Of a stretch of DNA of 64,000 bases, positions 52,572 to 60,391 are shown piece after piece; position 1 is the first letter of the stretch; the number at the start of each line of letters is the position of its first letter. The stretch comes from Pseudomonadota bacterium. Lineage in GTDB: Bacteria; Pseudomonadota; Gammaproteobacteria; Steroidobacterales; Woeseiaceae. The DNA is taken from contig JBCBKO010000002.1 in NCBI GenBank assembly GCA_038521865.1, forward strand, positions 594,798 through 658,797, written 5' to 3'. A program made the position numbers and the translations under genes. The notes beneath the pieces are model-generated. The model worked only from the letters and a program-made list of their open reading frames with translations. It was not told the DNA's origin and searched no databases.

Positions 52572-53744
52572 ATGAAACTCAGGAATGCAATTGCCCGCAG
52601 TGTGTTGTGCGCAGGCGCAGTGTTGACCGCGGGGATGGCGCTCGCCGAAGACACGTCCTCAATCCCCTCAGTCGTTGTCACCATTGAAAACAGCGCCCCC
52701 TCGCGCGGCAGTTTCCAGACACCGTTCTGGATCGGTTTTCATGATGGGCAATTTGATTTATATAACCGCGGCGAGCCACTGTCCGCCGAAGGCCTTGTTC
52801 CTGGCGATGCGGTAGAGCGGGTGGCCGAAGACGGCATCATAGGGCCGCTGAACGCCGCGTTTGCCGAGGCGCAGCCCGGGGCGTCGCAGTCGATTGTTTT
52901 CGGACCTTCGGGACCATTGGCGCCAGGCGACTCTGCGTCGACGACACTCAACGTCAACCCAGAGCTGGATCGGTATTTCAGCTACATCTCGATGGTGTTG
53001 CCGAGCAACGATGCTTTCATCGCCAACGGCAACCCTTTTGCGCATGAGATTTTCGATCGTCGTGGGCGGTTTGTTGCGAAGTCATTCGCGGTACCGGGGA
53101 ATGCAGTGCTCGATGCGGGAACAGAGCTGAATGATGAAATCGCAGCAAACACAGCATTTCTCAATCAGGCAGGTCCAGATATTGGCGTCGCTACAGATGG
53201 CGTAGTCGAGATTCATCCGGGCTTCCGGCTCGATGGCAGCTTTCCCGACCGCGTACTCACGCACCCGGTCCTCGGTGTCGCTGACTTCACTGCCACCAAC
53301 TATCGTGCAGCGACGGTCAGCTTTCGGTTTGTCGATCTCGGCAAAAGAAACAAGTTTCGCATAAGGTTGAATCCACGCCAGGAAGTCAGCTCTACCCTCG
53401 TCGATAGCCGGGGTAGTGGCACTGCGACCGCAGTTTCCGACGGCGTCGACTCGGTCAGCATTGAAGGGCTGTTCCGTCGACTATCAAGCGATGTCGTTGC
53501 AGCACACCTGCATCTCGGCGCGGCGGGTACGAATGGTCCGGTCGTCGCTGATCTTTCAGCGTTTGTCAGCAACCACGGCATTTCAGCTGCAGTGTACGCG
53601 AGTGATGTCACCGGCCCGTTGGCGGATTCGCCCTCACCGATGCTGGCGCTGTTGAATGAGATGGCCGCAGGTAATGTCTATCTAAACATCCATACCGCCA
53701 ACAATCCGGCGGGAGAGATTCGCGGGCAATTGCGACTCAGATAA
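52572..53744 (+). CDS. Secreted spondin_N + CHRD two-domain protein
   Basis: 390 aa from ATG 52572 (RBS AGGAG): signal peptide, spondin-like N-domain (VTIENSAPSRGSFQTPFWIGFHDG.., MVLPSNDAFIANG), C-terminal CHRD (AAHLHLGAAGTNGPVV, VYLNIHTANNPAGEIRGQL). Confidence 0.7.
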   Translation: MKLRNAIARSVLCAGAVLTAGMALAEDTSSIPSVVVTIENSAPSRGSFQTPFWIGFHDGQFDLYNRGEPLSAEGLVPGDAVERVAEDGIIGPLNAAFAEAQPGASQSIVFGPSGPLAPGDSASTTLNVNPELDRYFSYISMVLPSNDAFIANGNPFAHEIFDRRGRFVAKSFAVPGNAVLDAGTELNDEIAANTAFLNQAGPDIGVATDGVVEIHPGFRLDGSFPDRVLTHPVLGVADFTATNYRAATVSFRFVDLGKRNKFRIRLNPRQEVSSTLVDSRGSGTATAVSDGVDSVSIEGLFRRLSSDVVAAHLHLGAAGTNGPVVADLSAFVSNHGISAAVYASDVTGPLADSPSPMLALLNEMAAGNVYLNIHTANNPAGEIRGQLRLR

Positions 53745-53753
53745 TCGCGATGG

Positions 53754-53782
53754 AGTGGTCGGACATGGTGTGCCCGGCCACT
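53754..53782. terminator. Hairpin filling the gap between two convergent stop codons (possible bidirectional terminator)
   Basis: AGTGGTCGG-(11 nt)-CCCGGCCACT, 9 bp including one G-T pair. Sits between TAA 53742-53744 and the S8 stop at 53783-53785. Confidence 0.4.
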
Positions 53783-54925
53783 TTACCTGCCCGTTGTGGC
53801 TTGTTGTTCCAACATCCGGTCGGACCAATTCAGCAGGCGGGCGATAATTTCATCATGCGTTGCGTCGGGATAACGATGCATAAGGCATGCGGCCATAGCC
53901 GCAACAATCGGTGCAGCGATCGAGTGACCGGTGACTACATCGTAGGAGGCCATGGGCGCCGTGCTGATCGCTGAACGCGGAGCGATGACCACCGTCATGG
54001 TGTCGTTTGCCGCCATTGGTTGAATGCTGCCCACGGCGTAAATGACGCCTGGTCGAGGAGCAGGAAAGCGACGTTCCGGTGATCGGTCTTCGTCATAGGC
54101 CGCGATGACCAAACTGCCATTGCGGATTAGTATGCCAACCAGGCGATCGAGCAATGGGTCGCGAACTCCCGAAAGGCTGAGGTTAACGATATCGGGGCGC
54201 AAATCGATCGCGGCATTCAGTGCTTTGGACAGAGTGCGTGTGCTGCAGATGCCCTTGCCTCGATCTTGTTCCCAACAAGCGCGCAGTAGATGTGTTTGCG
54301 CCTCGTCAGCAATCCCTCGCATACCCTTTTCCGATCGAGGTTTCGATGAGATCAGGCCTACCACCGCCGTCCCATGACGCTCCTTCATCGGCATGCCTTG
54401 CTGACCGACAAAATCGCTGACGGTGAGTTTAGCGTCCAGAAGGTCCGGGTGGCTGGTGTCGACATCAGTATCAATAACCGCAATGACGGTGTTGCCACCC
54501 CGTTCAGTGACCGTGGCCATGAAATCGTTGAGCAGATCGTTGGGGGTCGGTGCCATGGCACTGGACTCGACACGCAATCCCTGTTCGTTCTGAATCCAGA
54601 GCACTCTCGGGTCTATGCGTAGCTTTTGCAACGTCTGCGAATCCGCGCCTCCGATTTCGATGCAGTAAACACCAACCTGATTGATTGGCCAGTCTGCCAA
54701 CACCTCAACGTCGTAGGTAGCCGCGATATCCATCGCGATCTGATGCACATCAACGCTGTGCTCACTATTCATCTCGCGGCTGTACATTTCGCCCGACATA
54801 CCATCGCCGCTCATCGGGTCGTCAATGACGACAACCCACCGGTCCGATTCAGGCGAAGGTAATACCGAACAAGCCATTACGCAGAACGAAAGCGTGGCTA
54901 AAGCGCCGACTCGCAAGCGACGCAT
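53783..54925 (-). CDS. Subtilisin-like serine protease (S8), predicted lipoprotein with its own pro-like segment
   Basis: Asp AVIDTDVD, His HGTAVVG, Ser TGHSIAAP. Lipobox-like FCVMAC. The start is either ATG 54925 (2 nt after the anti-sigma stop) or GTG 54931 (GTGA overlap). Confidence 0.85.
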   Translation of the reverse strand: MRRLRVGALATLSFCVMACSVLPSPESDRWVVVIDDPMSGDGMSGEMYSREMNSEHSVDVHQIAMDIAATYDVEVLADWPINQVGVYCIEIGGADSQTLQKLRIDPRVLWIQNEQGLRVESSAMAPTPNDLLNDFMATVTERGGNTVIAVIDTDVDTSHPDLLDAKLTVSDFVGQQGMPMKERHGTAVVGLISSKPRSEKGMRGIADEAQTHLLRACWEQDRGKGICSTRTLSKALNAAIDLRPDIVNLSLSGVRDPLLDRLVGILIRNGSLVIAAYDEDRSPERRFPAPRPGVIYAVGSIQPMAANDTMTVVIAPRSAISTAPMASYDVVTGHSIAAPIVAAMAACLMHRYPDATHDEIIARLLNWSDRMLEQQATTGR

Positions 54926-54927
54926 GA

Positions 54928-55491
54928 TCACAGCGTCTCGACAAACCGTACAGCCGGTTCCTTGCGCAGCGCATTTATCGTTTGGGTTAGGTCTTCAGAG
55001 GCTGGAACCCGGACGTCGGCAGCACCAACTTCAGGGTAACTCGTCATCAATTCGAGACCATAGCGTTCTAGCAGCAGCTGCATATCTGAGCTGCTAGTCA
55101 CCGCCAGTCGAATTATCGGCTCGGCCGTGACAGCCGGTTGATCTGTCAGCGTCTCAAACTGTGGTGTCGGCTTAGTCAGTGGGTAGGTGAAAATCACCCC
55201 AGCGACCAGAGCCGCTGCGATACCAACGGGGAGTGCTCGCATGCGCTGTCGCGGTTTGGACTCTCTACCGTTGAGCATACGTTCAAAGGCGAGCTGATCC
55301 GGGCGCTGCTCGAGTGGCTCGTCCGTGCGGCGAATCGCGTTTCTTAGATCGCGTTCCCACTCGACTTGTTGTCGAAATTCCTGGTGTTCGCGCATGGCGG
55401 CCTCCACGGCTTCGCGATCAGCTTCAGACAGATGTCCACCAAGGTAGTCGGGTATCAGGAGCGACAGCGCTTGCAATGAGTCCGCGTTCAC
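54928..55491 (-). CDS. Single-pass anti-sigma factor with a subtilisin-propeptide (I9)-like periplasmic domain
   Basis: 187 aa from GTG 55491 (GTGA overlap with the sigma stop, verified). N-terminal LLIPDYLGGHLSEADREAVEAAM.., TM ALPVGIAAALVAGVIFTY, periplasmic tail ending ALRKEPAVRFVETL. Confidence 0.6.
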   Translation of the reverse strand: MNADSLQALSLLIPDYLGGHLSEADREAVEAAMREHQEFRQQVEWERDLRNAIRRTDEPLEQRPDQLAFERMLNGRESKPRQRMRALPVGIAAALVAGVIFTYPLTKPTPQFETLTDQPAVTAEPIIRLAVTSSSDMQLLLERYGLELMTSYPEVGAADVRVPASEDLTQTINALRKEPAVRFVETL

Positions 55492-56159
55492 GCCGGCCGC
55501 CTTCCTGCAAGGCGATTCGGGTCTGCCAGTCGGGACACGACATGACGGATGCGTGTCCTTGCGTGGTGCAGGCGCGTCTTTACCGTGCCCTGTGGGCACT
55601 GCACGATCTCGCTGATCTCGCTGGTGGAATAGCCTTCAAAGTATGAGAGCTCAATAACCATTCGTTGTCGATGATTGAGTTGTTGCATTGCAGCTGAAAC
55701 CAGCTCGGTTTCCTCAAACTGCTCGTTTGTGCTCGTTGCAAGCTCGGTGGGTTCACGCCACAAACGGCTTAATAGTGAGCGCTTGCGCTGTTCCTTCTTC
55801 AGGACACGGACGCATTGACGATAAGCGATCGCGAATATCCAGCTTGAAGGCTTCGCCTCAGCTCTAAAGCCGTCCGCATGCTCCCAGATACTCAGCATGA
55901 CGTCGTTATAGGTTTCGTCGATCAGTGGTTGATCATCCGTCAGGCGTCGGAGAAATCCTCTAAGCCTGCCCTGATAGCGGTCATAAATCATCCGCATGGC
56001 GGCTCGATCCCGCTCTCGGCCGATTCGCCCAAGCAGCTTTGCATCTTCCCGATCACTTTCCGTGCTCCGTCCGGGTGCACTCCCGGTGGATTCTTGCCCA
56101 TCTTGAAGAGTAAGAGCACGTTCTTCCTGCAACGGTTCAATCGTCACGGCAGAATTCAC
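55488..56159 (-). CDS. ECF-type RNA polymerase sigma-70 factor
   Basis: 223 aa. Region 2 (..MIYDRYQGRLRGFLRRL.. DVMLSIWE), region 4 (RMVIELSYFEGYSTSEISEIVQCPQGTVKTRLHHAR). GTG start; the ~35-aa N-terminal extension is uncertain. Confidence 0.88.
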   Translation of the reverse strand: MNSAVTIEPLQEERALTLQDGQESTGSAPGRSTESDREDAKLLGRIGRERDRAAMRMIYDRYQGRLRGFLRRLTDDQPLIDETYNDVMLSIWEHADGFRAEAKPSSWIFAIAYRQCVRVLKKEQRKRSLLSRLWREPTELATSTNEQFEETELVSAAMQQLNHRQRMVIELSYFEGYSTSEISEIVQCPQGTVKTRLHHARTRIRHVVSRLADPNRLAGRRPA

Positions 56160-56213
56160 CTGAAAGTTGGGGTGTCCTGCGATGACCGGCCGGCGGGTCG
56201 ATTTATTTCATTG

Positions 56214-58649
56214 CTAGAAATCTTCGATGAGTCGTCCCCGAGAGTCTTTCTGGTGCGGTAACCAGACTAGCCCCACAAAGTGGATTTGGATATCGGTCGA
56301 CTTTGGCTTGATCTCGACCTCTGTCAATTCCTCATCCTGTGCGTCGTAACGCGCATCGAGCGCTGCAACATCTGCATCAAAAGTTTCTTGCAACATGCGC
56401 AAGTCTTCACGCACACGCGCTGCTGTTTCTTCAGCGCGAGCTACGTCACCCGCCTCTTTACGCATCCCGCCGACGTTCTTGACGGCCGACCCAATGCTGC
56501 GCGCTGACGTCGACGATACGCGTTTGCGGCCCAGCACTGCCCCAAGAATGGCGGTACCGAATGAAATTGCGGTGTCGAGTTTTTTCTTGCGGCTTTGTTC
56601 CGACTCTCTTTCGATTGCCTGTTCAGCACGCATCAAACGCGCTTCCAGGGTGTTCACCTTGCTGTTGTAGCGCTTTCTCAGCTTCCCAACGGCGATGTCA
56701 CGTTGCTCCGATGCCAGAACCTGCAGGCGCGCCCGGAAGTCGCCCTCTGATTCGTGCGCCTCTGAGGTCACCTTCATTGCCGCGCTTCGGTAGAGCACAA
56801 CCGGTTGGCTCTTTCGCAACCAGCGTTTGAAGTTACGTTCCCATTTGGCGTAAGACTTCGGATTGGTCAGCGGATCCGGAATCGGCGAATGGCCGCTTTT
56901 CTCGTCCGGGCGCTCGCTCAACAGATCGTCGAGTTGAATGTCGAGTATCGCCGATTCGTCCCAGTCAACCGGCACTGGGCCATCTTCAGGTATCACGCTT
57001 GCCACGCAGTGTCTTTCTGTCTCCACCTTGTAGCGGGCGGAACTATAGACCAGCTCCGCAGCACCAATGACCGCAGGTCGATATACCGTGTCGATGTCAC
57101 CTGCGCCTTCCACCCAGAACTGGCGAATACTCTTGTCGAGTTTCGGCGTTGTAGCAACTGCAGCTTTCCACAATGCCTTGCTATCGCTCGCCGACAGGGT
57201 TGCCGCTTGCATGGCCTTGTTCGCTTCCTTCTGGAATTCGCCGCGACGTTTGTCCATCAGCGTGCGAATCTGGTCGCGTGTCAGAGGTCCTGCAAGGTAC
57301 GACATCACCCAGCGCGTGCCGAAGACCACCGGCTCGGACTCGTGAACGTTGTGCAGCAGAAAACGACGCTTACCCAGTCCGGCTAACGTTTGCTCCATTG
57401 CCTCGCGGTCGAATTTGCCACCGGCAGCTGCGCCCTCCAGCCCTTCCATTACCCGCGCCTTGTCACGCTCGGTCTGTAGTCGACCGATCATCCAGGTGCC
57501 CGTGTTCGACAGGCCTTTGTAATCAAGGTCAACGGGGTTTTGTGTTGAGAGCACCAACCCAAGACCGTAGGCGCGCGCTTGCTTCAGCAGCGTAAGCAGC
57601 AACTGCTTCGAGGGTGGGTTCGCAACCGGTGGCATGTATCCGAAGATCTCATCCATGTAGAGCATGGCACGCAGGCTCCCGGTGCCTGGCTGTGCACGCA
57701 TCCACGCGATGAGGTTGTTGAGCAACATACACACGAAGAACATGCGCTCGGCATCGGATAGATGCGCGATCGATAGGATCGACACGCGTGGTTTTCCACT
57801 GTCGGTGTACAACAGGTTCGCTGCACTCAATGGCTCGCCTTCAAGCCACGCCTCAAAACCGGGCGCTGCGAGCAGGCTGTTGAGCTGCATCGCGAGCGCA
57901 AAACGGTCTTTCGCGGGATAGACATCGTCGAGCGCCATGACACCGATCTTCTCGAGCGGTGGGTTTTGGATCACGGCGATCAGCGTCGGGAGGTCGAGTG
58001 ACTGTCCTTGCTGCCAGTAGTGATCCAGCAGGTTGGCGATCAGGATGTGTTCGCGACTGGTGACCGGGTCTGCGTTGATGCCAAGGAGTGCAAGAATGCT
58101 CGTGGCTGTGACCTGTACGCGCTCGCGATAAAGGTCGCGATCCTCGCGCAGCGCGGGCGCAGGCGCGTCGAACGACTTCAAAACAGAAATGGGCAACCCG
58201 GCGTTTGAACCGGGGGTGAAAATATTGAGATCAACACGTTCGCGGAACGTGCGCACACGCGCTGGGTCCTGGCCCCATTGCCCAATACCCTTTTTCCAGA
58301 GCGCGGCCTGATCGGCGGCGAATTGATCGACCGTCTGACCTTTGTTCGACGCTTCCTGCGCGTTGACCCACGGCGCAAAGTCTTCGCCCTTGAACTGTGG
58401 GAAGGTCAGCATGAGGTTGCCGAGATCGCCTTTCGGATCGATGGCAATGACAGGAATCGAGTCCATTGCCGCTTCCTCGATCATGCCGACGCCGAGGCCC
58501 GTTTTGCCGCTGCCGGTCATACCGATGATAACCGCGTGCGTGTTCAGGTCTTTGGAATCGTAGAGCACCATATCGTCGGTGAGTTCATCGTTAGCCTCAT
58601 CGATTCGTTTACCCAGATAGAAAGCGCCCAGCTTTTCGAAACCGCTCAT
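56214..58649 (-). CDS. HerA/FtsK-superfamily P-loop ATPase (YjgR/DUF853-like core) with a ~350-aa uncharacterised C-terminal extension
   Basis: 811 aa: Walker A GMTGSGKTGLG followed by AIDPKGDL, Walker B LYMDEIFGY, STQNPVDLDYKGLSNTGTWMIGRLQTERD. The C-terminal part is coiled-coil-rich. Confidence 0.72.
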   Translation of the reverse strand: MSGFEKLGAFYLGKRIDEANDELTDDMVLYDSKDLNTHAVIIGMTGSGKTGLGVGMIEEAAMDSIPVIAIDPKGDLGNLMLTFPQFKGEDFAPWVNAQEASNKGQTVDQFAADQAALWKKGIGQWGQDPARVRTFRERVDLNIFTPGSNAGLPISVLKSFDAPAPALREDRDLYRERVQVTATSILALLGINADPVTSREHILIANLLDHYWQQGQSLDLPTLIAVIQNPPLEKIGVMALDDVYPAKDRFALAMQLNSLLAAPGFEAWLEGEPLSAANLLYTDSGKPRVSILSIAHLSDAERMFFVCMLLNNLIAWMRAQPGTGSLRAMLYMDEIFGYMPPVANPPSKQLLLTLLKQARAYGLGLVLSTQNPVDLDYKGLSNTGTWMIGRLQTERDKARVMEGLEGAAAGGKFDREAMEQTLAGLGKRRFLLHNVHESEPVVFGTRWVMSYLAGPLTRDQIRTLMDKRRGEFQKEANKAMQAATLSASDSKALWKAAVATTPKLDKSIRQFWVEGAGDIDTVYRPAVIGAAELVYSSARYKVETERHCVASVIPEDGPVPVDWDESAILDIQLDDLLSERPDEKSGHSPIPDPLTNPKSYAKWERNFKRWLRKSQPVVLYRSAAMKVTSEAHESEGDFRARLQVLASEQRDIAVGKLRKRYNSKVNTLEARLMRAEQAIERESEQSRKKKLDTAISFGTAILGAVLGRKRVSSTSARSIGSAVKNVGGMRKEAGDVARAEETAARVREDLRMLQETFDADVAALDARYDAQDEELTEVEIKPKSTDIQIHFVGLVWLPHQKDSRGRLIEDF

Positions 58650-58758
58650 GGCAAGCCCTGTCTTATTATGTTGCCGCGCAGTTTAGCAAGAGCGTCGACG
58701 ACTGTGCGCGGGCTGATGTGTTAGCTTCGAGGTATCCCACGTGGTGCTGGTAGCGGGA

Positions 58759-59634
58759 ATGCTCAACAAGTGGCTTTGGACAATATTCGCGTTCGCGGTT
58801 TGCGCGCTGGCCATCAGCGGGTACGCCGATAGCCTCGGCGCTGAGTATGCGAGCGGAGCGCTGGAGCGCGCGCTACTGACGTTCGCGGTGGCGCGTGGAC
58901 TCGACGGTGTGATCTCGATAGCACAGGGCACCGAGGTCGCGTTGGAGCCAGGTGGCGTAGGACTGAACCTCACCGTCGGCCAGATTCTCGATCCGGTCAA
59001 CGATCTCATCGAGCGGTTCTCGACCGTGATGCTGACGGTCACCGCGGCATTGGGTCTGCAAGAGATTCTCTTGCGGATCACGGCGAGTAACAGCATCAGC
59101 CTGTTGCTTGGGGTCACCGCTTTACTGGCGTTGTTGTTTGTCTGGGTACCAGCACTCGAGAAGCGGTCGCGACTGAGAACTGTAGTGTTGCGATTGTTCC
59201 TCGCTGCATTTTTCGTGCGCTTCGCTGTGCCGGCGCTAGTGGTCGGGACGCACGTGGTGTTTGACGCGTTTCTCGCGAGCGATCAGATCGCAGCGACGGC
59301 AGCGCTCGAACAGGCTTCGGTCGACATCGAGGCACTCAGCAGCGAGCAGAACGCGATTGATGATGCCGATGATGATCGAAATTGGTTTGAGAGAACGCGA
59401 GATCGGATTGGGGAGTCGTTGGGTGCGTTTAACGTCGAGGCGCGCATGAGCGCTCTGCAGGAGCGTGCGTCTGGAGTGACGCGCCACATCGTCAGTCTGA
59501 TCGTGATCTTTCTCTTGCAGACCATCGCGTTGCCGCTCGGGTTTTTGTGGTTGTTGTTGCAAGGCGCAAAGGCGGTTGCGCGTCAGCTTCAACCCGTAAT
59601 CGCAGATCGTCCGCAAACCGGGGTTGGCGACTAG
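58759..59634 (+). CDS. Hypothetical polytopic membrane protein
   Basis: About 6 hydrophobic segments and an acidic loop (DDADDDRNWFERTRD). No motif I recognise. ATG 58759 preferred over GTG 58741. Confidence 0.5.
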   Translation: MLNKWLWTIFAFAVCALAISGYADSLGAEYASGALERALLTFAVARGLDGVISIAQGTEVALEPGGVGLNLTVGQILDPVNDLIERFSTVMLTVTAALGLQEILLRITASNSISLLLGVTALLALLFVWVPALEKRSRLRTVVLRLFLAAFFVRFAVPALVVGTHVVFDAFLASDQIAATAALEQASVDIEALSSEQNAIDDADDDRNWFERTRDRIGESLGAFNVEARMSALQERASGVTRHIVSLIVIFLLQTIALPLGFLWLLLQGAKAVARQLQPVIADRPQTGVGD

Positions 59635-59635
59635 C

Positions 59636-60391
59636 ATGGGCTTGAAAACCTGTGTCTCGCTGCTCGCGGCCTTGGTTGGATTGCCGCTTGCCGTAAATGC
59701 GACCGAACCAGAGCATTCGACTCGGAGCGACGAATGCGTGGTCTTGCTGCATGGCTTGGCACGTACAGCTGGGGCTATGAAACCGGTTGAAAAAGCACTC
59801 GCGAAAGTGGGATACACGGTGCACAACATCGGCTATGCGTCGCGCAAGGACACGATCGAGACGCTTGCTGAGGATGCAGTGAGTCGCGGGGTTTCTGAGT
59901 GCCGCGCACAAGATGCATCGACCATTCACTTCGTGACGCACTCTATGGGTGGCATTCTTGTGCGCTACTACTTGTCGAAGCACTCCATTCCGAAACTCGG
60001 CCATGTCGTCATGATGGCGCCGCCGAATCAAGGCAGTGAAGTGGTCGATGACTGGTCAGATCGGCCAGGTTTTGCACTGCTCAATGGGCCTGCCGGCATG
60101 CAGCTGGGCACCGACGATGACAGCATCCCGTCAAAGCTGGGCCCTGTCGATTTCTCCCTCGGCATCATTGCAGGCACGGCGACTATGAACCCGATACTGT
60201 CGCGTAGTTTGCCAAATCCTGATGATGGCAAGGTCAGCGTCGCATCAACCAAGGTGGAGGGCATGAAGGATTTTGTGGCTGTGCCTTACACGCATACGTT
60301 TCTGATGCGCCGCTCGGAAGTTCATAAGGAGATTATTCACTTCCTGGAGCACGGGCGGTTCGCGAAGCGAAACGATCCGGCAGATCGCTAG
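59636..60391 (+). CDS. Secreted alpha/beta hydrolase (lipase/esterase, PGAP1/DUF676-like)
   Basis: 251 aa: signal peptide, VVLLHGL, nucleophile elbow THSMGG, candidate Asp (PDDGKVS) and His (YTHTFL). Starts 1 nt after the upstream stop. Confidence 0.75.
   Translation: MGLKTCVSLLAALVGLPLAVNATEPEHSTRSDECVVLLHGLARTAGAMKPVEKALAKVGYTVHNIGYASRKDTIETLAEDAVSRGVSECRAQDASTIHFVTHSMGGILVRYYLSKHSIPKLGHVVMMAPPNQGSEVVDDWSDRPGFALLNGPAGMQLGTDDDSIPSKLGPVDFSLGIIAGTATMNPILSRSLPNPDDGKVSVASTKVEGMKDFVAVPYTHTFLMRRSEVHKEIIHFLEHGRFAKRNDPADR

Noticed and set aside
56160-56213. An ECF-type autoregulated promoter (GAAC..N16-17..CGTC-like) in the 54-nt gap upstream of the sigma gene.
   Set aside because: I found no convincing -35/-10 pair, only a weak GAAAT..N17..GGTC. 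I cannot decide between a dedicated promoter and read-through from the ATPase gene using sequence alone.
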